This document shows positions 38,560-53,084 of a DNA stretch of 64,000 nt, piece after piece (position 1 is the stretch's first letter; every line of letters starts with the position of its first letter). Under the pieces are notes generated by a model, which did no database searches, was not told where the DNA came from, and saw only the letters and a list, made by a program, of their open reading frames with translations. The position numbers were made by a program, and so were the translations under genes. This stretch comes from Basidiobolus meristosporus CBS 931.73 (taxonomy: Eukaryota; Fungi; Basidiobolomycota): contig MCFE01000502.1 in the NCBI GenBank assembly GCA_002104905.1, positions 1,707-65,706 of the forward strand, read 5' to 3'.

Positions 38560-39543
38560 ACAATTATTCCATATATTATCACTCACTATTTCAACCCGCC
38601 CTATAGTTTTATTGTATCGCCTGGCATCAGATGGGTCGACGATACAATTATTTCATGAATATCCAATTTCGAACATGCTGTTCCGTTTATTATTTCATTC
38701 GTGACCTTTTTTATGACTGCCACATCCTCAAGTTCTCTTTCTACTCAGATAAATCCCTTTACTCCATCTATGGACATGCCCGAATCAATTATCAGTAATA
38801 TCGGTGACTCGCCTTCGATTCTCCTTCAGGAATATATCGACCAGAGCCCCCATGCCTAGTTCGGTCGACTTGGCTCATCAGATACATATCGCTGTGTAAT
38901 TCCTCAAGTGCTTCGATTATTTCAAACCCTACCATCCCCACCATTGTGCAAAAACCCCTTGAGCACGAGACTGGTACCGATTCCGGGTGAGCAGGTTTGT
39001 CATAATATGATGAATGGAGACATTGGGGAAATCACGGATTTCTGGATCAGCCTAGCCAAGCATATCTCTAGTTCCACTAGGATATAAAGAGTGCAGTGGG
39101 CGTACAAGCTGATTTCTTGACAGAAAGCACTGCGCCTGATCTTGATCTTCCGGCTCAAGTGTCAACCCTTGAATGGCAAATATAAGGCTCATCAACTACC
39201 TTTAGCCTACACAGTGTATGGGTATTTTATCTCAAGCACATGAACATGGATGTAAACGGGTTTATGCGTCGGCGTAATTGATTGCTGTTTATGCCTAGTC
39301 GAGCTATTGGACATTGCTAATACGTTATGTCTCGGGAGTTAGGAAACTTCGGACACGCATGCAGCCAGTATATAGAACTACAGCCATCCTCGATCCACAT
39401 ACTCATACATGATATTTGAGCAGTGGAAAGCTGCTTTGAACTCAGGTGACTGAGCAAAGGACTTCCAGCAAAAGTATCCAAGTTTATTTACAAAGGAGCT
39501 TAATCACTCGGTGATAGTTACATCAGCGTTCCAGCTCTTCGGC

Positions 39544-40123
39544 TTACTGGCCTAGGTGGTGGGGTGTTTTTGGATGAGTGTTGATCCCCATTTGGGCGTT
39601 TTCTTGTTCCTCAAGCAGAATCCCTTGCAGCTTTTGCGTTAGAATTGAGGCTAGATCTTGTGGATTGAGGTTTGATTGAATTGGCTTGCAAGTAGGGATT
39701 TGATTATGTGGATGCATATCGGACCTAAACTCGGCTGGTGCTTCGATGGAAATGGTAGTATTCATAACTGATTGCTTGCACGTCTCCTCGCGTAATGGAG
39801 GGGTCTCCGAACCCATATTTTCGTACTGATCCCAGTAGCTATCATAATCGGCGGGGTCTTCGGCTCTCCTGAAGCTCGATGGATTGTATACTGGGGCATT
39901 TCCGTACCTTCCCCAATACTCAACCTCACTATCATCGGTGCAATCATCGGTAAAGGAGCTTCCCAAGGAAGTAGTCTCGTTCGCCTGTGATCGATAGAAG
40001 TGGCTGTTAGATGACGTCCTTCAGGTATGATATGCCTGTAAGTACCTCTAGATCTTTGGTATCGTCCAGGCTGCATGCTCTCCAAGCACGGTTTTCGATG
40101 AAGTACTGGGTTGGGTGAGCCAT
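39544..40123 (-). CDS. Hypothetical acidic protein, 2 exons
   Basis: MAHPTQYFIENRAW...DLE splices in frame to ANETTSLGSSF... and contains paired DxxxYW motifs (DSEVEYWGRY, DYDSYWDQY). Confidence 0.55.
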
Positions 40124-42339
40124 GTAGTAAGTTCGTTAATGGAACCGAGGATAAAGAGTATGTACACAATTTGCGGTATTTGATTTGGGTAGTAGTGTGG
40201 AGGGAATTGGCCAAAGAATTCAATTTATAGGCATCTCAAATTCTTTCGAAGCGCTAAGTACGACTGGCCGGAAAAATATTTGGCACTTGGCCAATAGTGT
40301 ATGCTGATTCTGATCATCTTCCTCACACCAAACCAGTTTCGCATCCTTGGTGTGAACGCTTCTCCCCAGGATATTGCACAGGCCCATGCATCTAGAGAAT
40401 GTAACGTGCCTATGCGCTATGGAAGCTGAGAAGACTTGTAGGAAAAATCCTCACCCGAGTCCCTTCCATAGCACTTGCATTACACAAGTCGAAGCGAATT
40501 GTTTTCGTATTGATTTTTCATTATCCTCGACTGACATAATATCTACGCACCAGGAGTAGGGTGTACTGTCACAGCATTACACAAATGAATTTTGGGTTCG
40601 GCCTTCATTCCCGAGTGTGTGAATATTCGGCCATAGTAAGGTCATGCGACAAATCTTTGGGTGACTTTTTTTTCTTCCAAATCACCAACCTTATACATGA
40701 TCCCAAAATCAAAATCTATTGGTTGCACTGGTTCACTACCATGACCATTAAGTAGAGTTGTCATCCGGTACCTAATTCAGTCTGGTACCAATAGAGTATG
40801 GAGCATCTGAGTGCAACAGTCGTATTCCATCTTTTCGATTGAAGAAACCAGGTACAACCTCAGCCGACAAATCAGTCATATATATTCTGGCCACCTCTAC
40901 GGTGTGCGTCCTCATTGTTTGGAATCAAGGTGGCGGGTTTTCATGAAGAACCACCATGGTGAGCGCTTACCATCATCTTGCTGCTTGTGGTGAACAGATC
41001 ATGGCGCCATACGATTTGGTTGCGTATTACCAGAGCCGAAAAGCAAAGCACGTTATGTCACTAATGCATTTCTTACGTGTTCCCGTCATGATACAATGAT
41101 ACATTTGACTAGGCTGATTATCTTTCTGTGCAAATGTCTGGATCTCATCTAGAGCTTCGTGATTTCCTGGCGGACGTAGATGGAACGCATTTCGTCTTGA
41201 GGAGTCCAAGCCAAACTGCCGAGTTGGGGGAATATCAGACGTCACCAGGTAGGCGGATAATAATTTTCGCCTTTCTGCCATGTCAATTCTGCTAAGGGCA
41301 CATTGCAGGACGAATTGTCAGCTCGAAATCTCCATATTCTCTCCCTAGGTCACGAATGATGTAACCACTAGGAGATCATTCGTAACAAATATCGAAGAAA
41401 TTCCCCACGAAAATACGTAGGCACTCTGTTTGTCTAGTGAGCTGCTGGAAATCAGGTGATCAGGCCGCAAATGATTCTCTAGTAATAAGCTTATTTCAGT
41501 TGACGAGCAATTTCTCTGGCCTGCAAGCAAATGAAATAACGAGAAGACTGAGTATATCCATTGAGATCCAACGTCGGGCTCGTCTGTCATCCAAAAGCTG
41601 ATCAAATCAAAGTTTTCTCACGCGTATTCACATATCGGCCGTTTCAGCTACAAGCCGTTAGCCAATTGTTCACAGCCTACGTCCGTTTGTCACGAAACCT
41701 GACGTTGGTAGGTGGGGAGCGGAGTGAATCAACAAAGTGCTGAGAGGATTCATGATGTGGATTGTCATATTCGTTATCACATGCCAGCTGTAAAATTCTG
41801 CAACCATCATCTGACCATTCCTCAAGAGCATACTGCCATCTTACCAGGCTTCTATCCAGTAGTCCCAAATATGGCAAGGGCCAGTTAAACATTGCGTATG
41901 AAAATTATGGGATTCTCATTTTCCGCCCGACATCAAACCAGATGATAGGGTTGATTGGTATAGGTTTATTATATATTCCTTCTGAATCGGATTGTGACTG
42001 GCTTTCTTTCCATTGCTCGATTACTGGCTCTACATAACCCCTGAATAGATGAGGTTTTTCTACGACGGTTATTTAAAAGCCAAGCATCAACATGTGGTTT
42101 CATTTTTACCACTAACCTCTGGTCTATACAAGCATCCTTTTCTTTCTATATCCCTCGCCCATACCATAGCTCTCTTCGTGGACCATTGTAAACCCTGCCA
42201 TCCAGCAGCTACTGATCCTGTCATCCCCATCCGTACCCCCGTCTTGGGCAGCACAACTGTCGAGACAAGAGTCAACATATAGAAGTGTCCGCTCAGTGGT
42301 GCTCTACCCCTGCAACACACTAATCAAAACCCATACTGT

Positions 42340-43362
42340 ATGTACACACGTCACTTATCTAGTCATGCCCACGGCTGTTGTTCCCTACGCAGTACAGCCA
42401 CTATCTGGGTGGAGACCGAAGGTGAGCGTTTGTACGTAACAAGGGCCACAAACGAGGCGCTAAAGCTATTCGGCTACGTTGACGAGTCGGAGATCATCAG
42501 CTCTGAAATCGAGGAAGTGTTTGAGATTGTCGAGTACTTGGATGAATCCAATGATTACCTTCTCTTGAAGACCACAAAGAATTCCAGAGGGCCCATTTGG
42601 GTAAATGCTTGCGCTCATAGTAGCAAGAGCCAGCAACAATGGAATCTACGCGACGTGACCCACCAAAAGCTTCTCACCTCATTGGATCTTCCACGTTCCG
42701 TAAGCAGTCCCCAGATTCGTGATGTGTACGTACTAAGTATCACTCATTTTGGTATCATAGAGCATGTATTCCCTTCCCCGTTTATGGGGCTGAAGGTGGG
42801 TAACTTGGTTGACAGACCTTTGATGAAGTTTGTTCATCCAGAGGACTTGAAGACCCTATGCAGCAGCCTAAGCGCAATGTCCAAATCGATGTATTCGGAT
42901 TTTACTCTACGATGGCAGCTGGGGACTGACGACGTGAACGAGACGAAGTATCAAGTGGTGCAAGTCCATGCAATGATTTCGGAAAACAACCCAGTCTGCG
43001 TGATTCGACCCCTTGCACCCATATCGTCGGACCATGCGCTATGTCTCCGAAAGGAGTGTCATTTGGATGAGGACAATGGTCTGACCTGGAATCCTATGTG
43101 GCCCCTTACCGGGCAATGGGACGTTGTCAACAAGATCTATCTCGACTTTCTTGACTATTTCCATGACTATTGGAGCTACTGGCATAGATATGTCGTCGAG
43201 CATCTCGGCGACAACCCAAATGCGAAGAACTTGGGCAACTTGATCGGCTCGCTGTACCATGATATTGAGCAATCTCCGGCAGAAGTGTGGTCGAGCTGTA
43301 AGAGTAATGTTGCCAATTTCCTTGTAGGTCTGGTAACAACGTGGATAACCCCACATAATTGA
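42340..43362 (+). CDS. Intronless PAS-fold protein (two PAS-like domains), no output domain seen
   Basis: 340-aa ORF. PAS-like segments ATNEALKLFGY...EIEEVF and LVDRPLMKFVHPEDLKTL...FTLRW. Confidence 0.7.
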   Translation: MYTRHLSSHAHGCCSLRSTATIWVETEGERLYVTRATNEALKLFGYVDESEIISSEIEEVFEIVEYLDESNDYLLLKTTKNSRGPIWVNACAHSSKSQQQWNLRDVTHQKLLTSLDLPRSVSSPQIRDVYVLSITHFGIIEHVFPSPFMGLKVGNLVDRPLMKFVHPEDLKTLCSSLSAMSKSMYSDFTLRWQLGTDDVNETKYQVVQVHAMISENNPVCVIRPLAPISSDHALCLRKECHLDEDNGLTWNPMWPLTGQWDVVNKIYLDFLDYFHDYWSYWHRYVVEHLGDNPNAKNLGNLIGSLYHDIEQSPAEVWSSCKSNVANFLVGLVTTWITPHN

Positions 43363-44143
43363 TACAGCGCCCCGCGGGATCTTTTTGTAAGCAGTGACTG
43401 CAAGCCCTCTTTTTGCAGTATTTCTTTTGGACTGTACATAGACTGTTATATTTGTATTATTTTGTCCATTACCATAGTTCCAGTAGGAACACCAAGACCC
43501 ATTGATCACATACCGAAATCTCCAAAGTAAATTGCTTATTTATATAAGAATCAATGTAAAGACAGATCGTGGATTACTATGCCTTCCAAAAAGCCCTATT
43601 GCATATCGGGACATTCGAGCATCTCCTTATCAGGTATGGCTAGGCCAGTGTTGGTTTTTGACAAGGAGATGGCCAGAGCAATATTGAGCTGGCTAGTGTT
43701 TATAGCTGAGGGCTTTATGTTCATGATCTCGATGAGCATGTGTTCAATATGTGCCTAGAAGGAACATGTACACTTTGCTACCAAGGAATGCACATGCCAG
43801 ATCTAGGGGCCTCATAACTGCTATGCTTCACAAATGTAGGCTTTTCGGTTCCCGCATATATCAGATCCTGAGTGTAACACTACCTTGCAAACTCCATCAA
43901 GATGAGATTCCAATGCCACATTCTTTGATCTGGCATAATGGTTTTTCTGTGGAGTAATCTTTATCAAAGCCACCTCGGAGATTAAAATAGGACTCTTTTC
44001 GGCTTCTCATCCCCTACAAGATGATATAAAAGAAACAAGCATGGGTCCAGCTATATTGTATCATTTAGATTCGAAAGCATACGCTCGAAATAACTTATAA
44101 TTCTACATACATATTCACACTTGAACTCTCATCCAGCTTCAAA

Positions 44144-45157
44144 ATGCACTTCAACATCAAGGTGAGTCGAGCCCTTTGAAACTTTGGGCTTCCTGTATCT
44201 TGCTGACCTTTGGCATTTATGGGCTCCAATTTCCAGATGATTGCTTTATTAGCTTTGGTTTCTATCAATTCCTTGTCCGAAGCCGCCTGTCGTGAAGCAG
44301 TTGATCATTTTGATGGCAGAAGCACGATTCGATTTGAGACGGAGGGTGATGTCCGTCGTCAAAACGGTTATTTAGTGCTTCGAGTGGTGAAGGGAGACAG
44401 GCATCCAGCTGGGGGATTTATTGGTGATGGTGCGAGTGCTACGATGACTCAGCCCATTCAGTACGGAAGAATCACCGCTAGATTAAGGACTGCGGGAACT
44501 CGAGGGATCGTTAGTGCTATGTTTGTACGTAACAGAGACCAGCTTTATCGGCTAGATTGTTAACCACCATCGATCTTTACATTATAGACCATGGCAAATG
44601 ACAAGGATGAAGTGGACCTGGAGTGGCTTGGGGGTAGTCCTAAGAAACTACTAAGCAACTTCTTCTATAAGGGAGACTTGATCTACACCAACAGCAGAGA
44701 GCATAACATCAATGTTGACAGCTCCAAGCAGTTTGTGAATTACACACTGGACTGGAAGCCAGACCAAATAAGGTGATTCTCAAGCCTGCAATTATCCATG
44801 AGATATTCACTTACCGAGCCTTCAATCATCCCGATAGCTGGCTGATCAACGGCCGTGTTGTGCGTACACTGCGAAAAGATCAGACATATGACCGTAGGAT
44901 TAGAGCATATAGATACCCCAGTAGTCCTGCCAAAATCGAGTTCTCGTAAGTGCATATCTCCCTCATACTCAATCAATACAGGTTGCACTCATCTAGTCAT
45001 GTTATCCAGTGTTTGGGATGGCGGCGATAGTGATGAAGATGGTACAAGTGAATGGGCTGGTGGAAGGGTTAACTGGGAAGATCGGCGCATTAATGATGAC
45101 GGAAGGCTTGATATGAAGATCGACTTCTTGGAGATTGGGTGTTACCCAGGGCTATAA
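44144..45157 (+). CDS. Glycoside hydrolase family 16, Crh-like (chitin/glucan transglycosylase), 5 exons
   Basis: Signal peptide, YGRITARLRTA...GIVSAMF, catalytic DEVDLEW, YTLDWKPDQI, SVWDGG...GTSEWAGG. No GPI tail. Confidence 0.9.
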
Positions 45158-45644
45158 GAGCAGTTTGGCTCAGCAGCGCTTTCAGACAACCCTTCACAAA
45201 TTTGTTTCCAACGTCACCTGCTATCCCTCTTCTACTTAGCACCGTGGTCACATTTATGCTTTCTATTATTTATTCTGAATATCATATTATGTATAACCTA
45301 AACATGGATCACATCTTCAATCTTGTAAAGAATAGCTGAGATATACCCCTTGATTCCAGACCTGCGCTGCATCAATGTCCCAGATGTGGCCGCGTGTTGG
45401 ATAGTACTGATTACTAAATTATACAGCATGAAGGAGCTCTTGTGGGTGTATTCTAGTTACGAAAAGAATCATTTAATTAATTGACGCGAAGGAATTACCA
45501 TTATTATTACGACTATTAAAGCATGTATTAGAACTCATATGAAAACAGGGCACTATATCCCCTAAAGAACATCGTAGTCTATGTTACAAGTTGATGAGAT
45601 GTAGCCGTATGAGGTGGCCTTGGATGGCTGTGGCTGCATCTGTT

Positions 45645-48600
45645 TCAAAACTTCTGTGAGGCTTCACTTGAACAAGGGGTCTCCGCTCGATTTATGTTGT
45701 AATCCGAGCTAATGGTTGCATTGCCGGATCTATCCAATTGGTCTTGTAAAATCGAACTTGTCTTTTCGTTGAGGTGACAGCAAATGGATACTAATTTTTG
45801 AAGAAGTTCTGGAGAGCTGTAGACCCTGCCTTCCTCAATCAAGGGCTCGAGATCCTCGCGATGCCGAGCAACGAAATTACTGAAGTTTGAAAGCTCCTTA
45901 TCAATGTCTACAAGGTAAGGGGTTCGAGGAGGCATAAAGAAAGTTTCGGGGCTTTGATATGGAGGCAAAACTCTCAACGGTGGGGTCATGGAGACTGGGT
46001 TTGTCTATTGGATATGTTAGTAACTTGTGTTATGGAAATCGGGGCTATTTGGAACCTACTGCAATATAATCAATAAACTCCATAAGGCTTGTGGCGTTTT
46101 GCTAGAAATGACACTTGTGAGGGATCCGTTTACAAAGCAAAGAAATCATATGACGTACTCTAATGAATTCATTCATGTGAATCATATATGGTTCTTTGGA
46201 GCCAAAGTCTGCCAGGTTAGCAAGACACTGCAAAGATTTGGCCAACAAGGTCAACGTTCTTCTAGTCCTGTTCTCCGGGTGCTCTATTATTAATGAACTG
46301 TGTGATGAGTGGGGATCCTACAAACTCGTTGCATCTTACTCTTACCTTTCACCAACCCAAATAGTTTGGGGGACAAAACAGCTGGGCAAAATAGCCGCAG
46401 AAACAGGAATCCACTACAGCAAGGTTTGTTAGACTTGAGTACTGATGAGAGGTAGCGAGACATACCTAATGCATGTGTAGCGCACCAAGGATTTATCAAG
46501 ATCACTCGTAAATTTATCTGAAATGATTTTCCTCAGGTTGGCGAAGAAAACCCGCAGCTCACTAAAGGTAGACATTGTCATCATCGTCATCAGTAACGGA
46601 AGGTGAACGTATTGATCCAAGCATTCTTAGATATACTAACGATGGGCATTTGGCTCTTGATTTCTCTATGGCACGCCACAGCATCTTCGTGTAAGTCAGG
46701 AGAATTCTCCATTGACTGCGAATATCCTGGCCTTTCTCAAGTTTTGTCATATCGACCTATATATGAAATAGCGTTACCTTGATGAACATATGCGAAGCCT
46801 TTGCTTGAAACGCTTACCTCACATACTATTTTGTGCTCGCAGATAGAGCGAACAATATCTCCTATTGCTTCATCAACATACTGAATGCCTATCATTTTCA
46901 TGTAGCTATCAATCGCTTTGGTTAAAATCGAATTTCCGCGGAAGAGGATATTGGAATCGTCTAGAAAACGCTTGAGTGTTTGTACCACTTCAAATACTTC
47001 ATAGATGGCATTACCGGTCGAGTTCACCTCGTGATACGCGAGGTAGGTCAGCCACTCAATGGCATAGTTCCGTCCTTCATATATGCGCGTCATGTTCTCA
47101 GAAAACCATTCCAGGTTTTTTGAAATCCCAACCAGGTCGAAGATTATTTTGGATTCAACATCCAGGATCATCTATGGTACTGTGAGCATCCCTGATCTGT
47201 TTTCCATTAGTCAATGTCGCAACTACCTCAATCAACTCCTCGTAACTTGCTGAGGGAAGTACCACCACTTCGTCGTAGCGAAGCCTCAAGCGAATATCCC
47301 CGACATGCTCAGCTGCATGAGAATTTTTTGCCTCATGCATGAGAGGGTACCATTCTTCATAGTACTCTCCTCTCTTAATGTTGTTTAGCGAAATGCTTAC
47401 TTTACCTAGAGAATGCTTTAATATTCTGCCTGGGAACAGAATACTGAAGGGGCCTACCGATCTGGGCGTCTTTATGTAGCTTATTATGATTCATGAGAGT
47501 GATACCAACTCCTCTGCTTAATACTGCCATGTCACTGGTTGTCAAACAGATTAGGGTCGATTTCTGATGCTTGGATACCCAAAATACCAACCTAAAATAG
47601 AAATCCTCTCTCCAGAAGGGAGCATTGGTGCGACTCTTGGTACTGGTTTTAGCGCGTCTCTCGCCATCAAGCTCAATAAAGCAGTATGGATCACACTGGC
47701 CGATGTTTCTAGCGTCGATGACACGGAGCCAGAAGGTCCTATCCAGCCGGTAGCAAAAATGAGTGGCATTCGAGTATCCAAGGACCTCTGGCTGTGCGAA
47801 GGTTTTTAGGACCCCCACCCATTCGTTCCGTTCCAAAAGACTCTCTGCCATGAAGTAGTATACCCGGTGCTTTGTCCGGAGAAAGAAACAGTTCTTTTTT
47901 TTTAGCGCAGATTCGTCGATCATCTGGATTTGGCTTCGATGGATTTCCCGAAGTTTGATGTTTTCGATGACTGTTTTGTCCTGCAACTCCAATTAGACAG
48001 GGACAGGGATACTAGCTTGACTCTCTAAAGTTACCTGTTCATTGAACTGATACAACATCCCGTTAGACCTGACAACAAGCACAATTTTGCGCCAGTTTGC
48101 TGGCAACGACAGCGGATCTTTTCCAGAACTGGAGGATTTCCATCCCTTCACCTCTGCGAGAATTAGTAAGCATAGCCTATCAGCATAAAATATTCAATAC
48201 ATACCGCGAATCATCAGATCGCCAGTCTTCACTGCCTCAGAGCCCATCTAGAGAAAGTCAGGCAAGTTAGGCATGGAGTTCTTTGGTGGGAGGATCTGGA
48301 ATTCAACTTACTTCAGAGCCATTCTTCTGTGAGTTGGATGATCCGAAAGATGTTGAACGGTAAAGACTAGGCCGCCTCAAGGGAATTGCCTATCATGGTG
48401 TTATTAGGACCTGCGAACATTGAGCAAGTATGTGTCGTGTCACTACCATCCCCAGGTCCGAGCTGGAGTCCCTAATAACCGAGTCTGTTTTCTGCTGTGT
48501 CCGGAGTGCATATATCCACTCCATCATATCAGCCTCAGTCTCTGCCTGGAAGTAATTTGTTCTGTTGCAGTCTTAGAAATAACAGTCGGGGAGGATTATG

Positions 48601-50285
48601 GTATAACCGCGAATTCTCTTACAACACAGGAGGAGTACTGATCTCGAAAACGAACGCCCGTCCTTCGCACTCTGCCTCTCTAACAGAGGAGGAGCGCAGG
48701 TCAATGACTAATGGATGTTCCTGATGGCAAATCGTCAATACAGGTATCTTGGTAACAGCAACGGTCGGATATACCTCTGTCACTTGGATGAATAACCCTT
48801 CAGGAAGTTGTATATGATAGTAGCATCTGCAATGGTTCAGGAATTAGTAGTGTACAACATCCGAAGGGCCTGGTTATTTGTACCGCGCCCATCCACCAGG
48901 GAAGTTCGATTTCTTCTGCAGCAAATAGCCTGCCTTTTTTTGATATCCAATGAGATCTGAATCAAACGATGAATCGGATGTATGTGATATAGAGAGGCGC
49001 TCTTCGGATTCAACCATACCGAGAGATTGTCGAAACCTTAGCAGCTCAGCCTATTCAATCCGGTTAGACACGATTATGAAGTCTATGCGCAACATAACAT
49101 GGACCTCTATGCAGTCAGGCATGCTTTTTGTATCTAACTTAAGGCTATTCAGATCTGTCACACAGGAATTCTTGCAATGGTAATTGAATTAGCCTTCATT
49201 GCTGCTCACTGGCGCGGAGATCTCACTTACATCTTCAATGTAATCGATTGCATTCTGGACCACTGGTACTGAAGTTTCAATATTTTTTTGCGTTTGATTG
49301 GCCCATTTTGACAAGTTCGATAGCAGGCTGCTTATCTTTGGCTGGCTGTTAATAACTTGAGAGCAGCGGCTTCTTGTAAAATGTCCATACCTTCTGCATC
49401 ACAAAAGCTTCACGGATTGCTGGAATTTCATTGAGCAGATGTGCGTAATGTGCTGACGAAATGCATAATTTCTCTTTGGCAGAATACAATGTTTTGGCAG
49501 TCTAGGGGTGTAGTTCGATCTGATTACCAACCATGCTCACACAGCCAAACTAACGTTCACCAACCTCATCACGCCGTAGACATTTCGAGTCTGGAGTACT
49601 AGAATACACATTTAAGGATGTCTCATATTCCCGAGTGGCGCTTACAAATCCAACTTTGGCATCCTATGAATTGAGCATTGTTAGAAGGATTACCGCAAGT
49701 CTGGTGGAGCCTGATCTGTACCATTAGCATGCTCTGGAGCGAGGTCTGAAATTGCTGAAGTGGTTCTTCGAGTATTCTGTTAGTGTTGGTAATGAAAATT
49801 GCACATTCTGTTTGCTGCGTTACCTATAACCTCCGACTCCATGACGGTGAGAAATTGCTCATCCATAAGGACAAAAGACTGGTTGAGCTTTAAGATGGTC
49901 TCGGCTGCAGGATTAAGAGCAAAATTGTTATTTGATTGCGGCCTCAAAGATGAATGAAGAGTATCCAACCGAAGATCTCAGATCCTACGTCCATCGCAGT
50001 GCCTGAAGGTATCTTGGAGGCCTCAGCCATCAATTCACTTGTGGAACTACTAAATGCTAATTTTGATCGAATAAGGACAGCTTTAACTCACAAAACTGGG
50101 AATGATGGCTGCGTGACTGCATTTCCCATACCATTTATGGAGTTGACAAACTCTCTAGCTTTTTCCGACCAAACGGAGATGATGGTCTCGAAGCTCTGAA
50201 TATATAGATGTACCTCTTCGAGATGTGCTCGATATTGCGGCGAATCCCGAAAGATATCCTTTAAATCGAGTGGACTTGGTATCAT
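45645..50285 (-). CDS. Ras GTPase-activating protein with BAR-PH-PH-C2-RasGAP architecture, many exons
   Basis: BAR start DSPQYRAHLEEV; PH1 KAGYLLQKK...FQAETEADMMEWIYAL; PH2 YYFMAESLLERNEWVGVL; C2 DPYCFIELDGERRAKT...PFWREDF; RasGAP LFRGNSILTK, GFLFLRLFCPAVLSP, LTLLAKSLQCLAN. Confidence 0.85.
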
Positions 50286-53084
50286 ACGTTGACTATGGTT
50301 GAGTAACCTGGATGTGGCTGAATGTGTGATTGTTCAATGGATAAGCAAAACTAGGTAAATGACAATCCAAGACTCAAAGCTTGGTGTGTTCGTTGAGCAA
50401 TTTATTTAAATTAGCTCGAAGGGCCATCCAATCATCGGAGTATAAGACTGAGGTTACACTGAGATCTCTTGATTGAACAGCCTCGCGAGAAATTTAATGG
50501 GACGCATGTTTTATCCCTTGTACTCTAGCCATTTAAACCGCCATATTTATCAAGAAGACAGCAACCACCAGGCTACAATAGCACAGTGATATGAATGTAT
50601 TACTTGCCAATCTTCGTGATTGGTAGTGTATAGGCACGACACCCGGATACTAAAATTGATCAGCTTCACTGATGCGAGTCCATTTCAGACCTAAGCCATA
50701 GCCAAGCTATTCGTCTCCTCCTTTAGACGTTATCACTGATAATACTCCATGTTTCTGTTGCCCAATTCAAGGATTTAATCAGTTATTGCTGAATCCATGA
50801 GTCATGGGACATAAACACAGCAATGAGACCTCATCTATTAAATTATGCCACACAAAGACAATTTACACTAAATTAGAGATTGGTGTTGGAGATACCCTAG
50901 CCCAGTTACCGAAGCAATGGATTACCACGTCCACACCATCAGATAATGTACTTCATGACCAAGCGCCCATTTTGCAATCGCAGCACCTGGCTAGTTGTGA
51001 GGATCGAGGAGTGTTTGCCGCTTTGGGCTTGTCCTACTTTAAGGAGTCTGCATCCGGTTTCAAATGATAAACTGTTTAGTGTTGGCTTACAGTAAAACAT
51101 GGAGTCCACGTCACCAGCTGATGCCTTACTCTAGCCTAATCCATAACTCCAGCGACTAAGGATTAGTTGCTGGTCTAGACTCATACATATGGAACATCCT
51201 AGTGTCACCAGCCGTCTCAACAATAGGGGTAATCCAATTTAGCAGGATGCTTCAGGGACAACCTGTAATATGAAAACCCAGCCCGATCCGGCAGTTTGCT
51301 GAACCAGTGATAAGAGCCTGGCATTCGGGTTTAGTACGTAAATTAATTCAGGTTCGAAATGGGAGGGCCCACTTGACATGCTCACAATCCCCTGCGCGAA
51401 GGAAAGAGCACCTTTTCCATTGATTATGGCAAGTGACCCGTGCCGATCTATACAAACTACGAGCACTTGGGAACGATATGTGATCACACGATCGTTTTCT
51501 GTGTTTCCATTAGTAAGGCACCTAGCCTACGCCTGAAGGATGCATATACCGAGGACCCAAGTGTGCGACAACTAGCCGCACTTTGTGCCGGAGGGATGTG
51601 AGCCCAGTATAGTATCAATGATCACGGATTAGGATTTTTATGAAGCACACGAACATGATATTGCTATCTTGTAGTGATGGCTACTAGGGATTCTAGCCAT
51701 CACCTGACCAAATCTAAATGGTAAGCCTTCGGGATGGCCTGCATGCTTAGTAGTAACGAATCGCTTCCGAGCCGCCCTGGAGACTGATTCGTAACCATGA
51801 TTTGTGCAGAGAGCTCCTTTATCGTTGGGGTTAGACTCTGAAACTTAAAGAAACTTTCGAGGAGTCCAAAACCCTGCTATAGCACTTCTATGCTTCAGAC
51901 CTAGGAAGTTGAATGAACTTCACACTTCTAGTTGAGTATGAGGCAGCCGGCTGTGTAGTAGGCTTTGCCTCACCTGCCGATCATTGCTGATTTACTGGTC
52001 CAAGAAAGGCTTTATATATGAGCCACAACTGAATTCGATCAGAGAAATTATTGGAGCAAGGAAACTTGGCATTGGGGAGCTATTCAGCAATACGGAGCTT
52101 TCAAGCATCAGAATTTTTCATGCCCGTCGATTAATACTTGAAACTCGCCAACGTGCTATACTGGTTCTAAACGTTTGTAGTGTTTGAGCCGCTTATTAAG
52201 GTTAGCTGTGATACAGTGCACAAAGTGACTCAAACATCCGTGGATAAAGGCCGTTTTCAAATCATATTACTGAACGGTTCAACTTTCCAGATGCAAAGTC
52301 CCCTGGAAGTTGATGAAAACTAAGCCTCAAGCCACACTTTAATCTATTCGAGCTATATGGGGTATCCTAGACCTGAATTGATCAGTCAGACTTGCTCTTA
52401 TTAGAAGATTGCCAAACGATATTCGATGATTTTCCTTGCACTGTAATTGTTACAGGATCCGGCTATTTCATTCATAATACGTAACTTTCATCTCGAGTCG
52501 GCATTAAACTATAGCCACTTGCTAATATAAGTAACCTCGTATTTGTTTATGGAATACACCATGGATGATCCCTTTGTGGTTATCATTACACATAGCATGT
52601 TGGACTAGTGAGGGATATGGGGGCAATCCCTCAAAGGCCAGCAAAACAGTGGTACTTTTGCGTACATTTGTGCGAGCGAGTTGCTAACCTTGGCGACTTG
52701 AAATTATGATGCATTCTTCCCCTAGGAAGTCACAGTCTCCCAAAAAGTTGTCACAAGCAATACGTCCACCACTGAACGTAACACACAGGCCAACTCATTG
52801 TTTTGTAGTTGGTCACTAGTTGTGATGGATCATGAAAATTTCAACTGAATGCTTGTTGTGATTAAGTCACGTCACCTGAGAGCCTTTATCAGTTTGAGAC
52901 TCGTTTTAACTTCTTTGATCCTGAATATTACCCTACACTTAGCACTTCAAGTGGCACTTCCCTACGTTGTTTTATATCATTACTTTATTAATAATTGACA
53001 CTTTCGTCTCACTTTCACCTTCTAATTAGCTAAAAGACCGCTAGAACCTCTGAATCCACGAAGCTGACCCACAAAGCTACTCAT

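Noticed and set aside
32710-45157. Possible functional cluster (ABC transporter, sterol glucosyltransferase, GH16, membrane protein)
   Set aside because: These are unrelated housekeeping and cell-wall genes with no biosynthetic core enzyme or shared regulatory motif seen.
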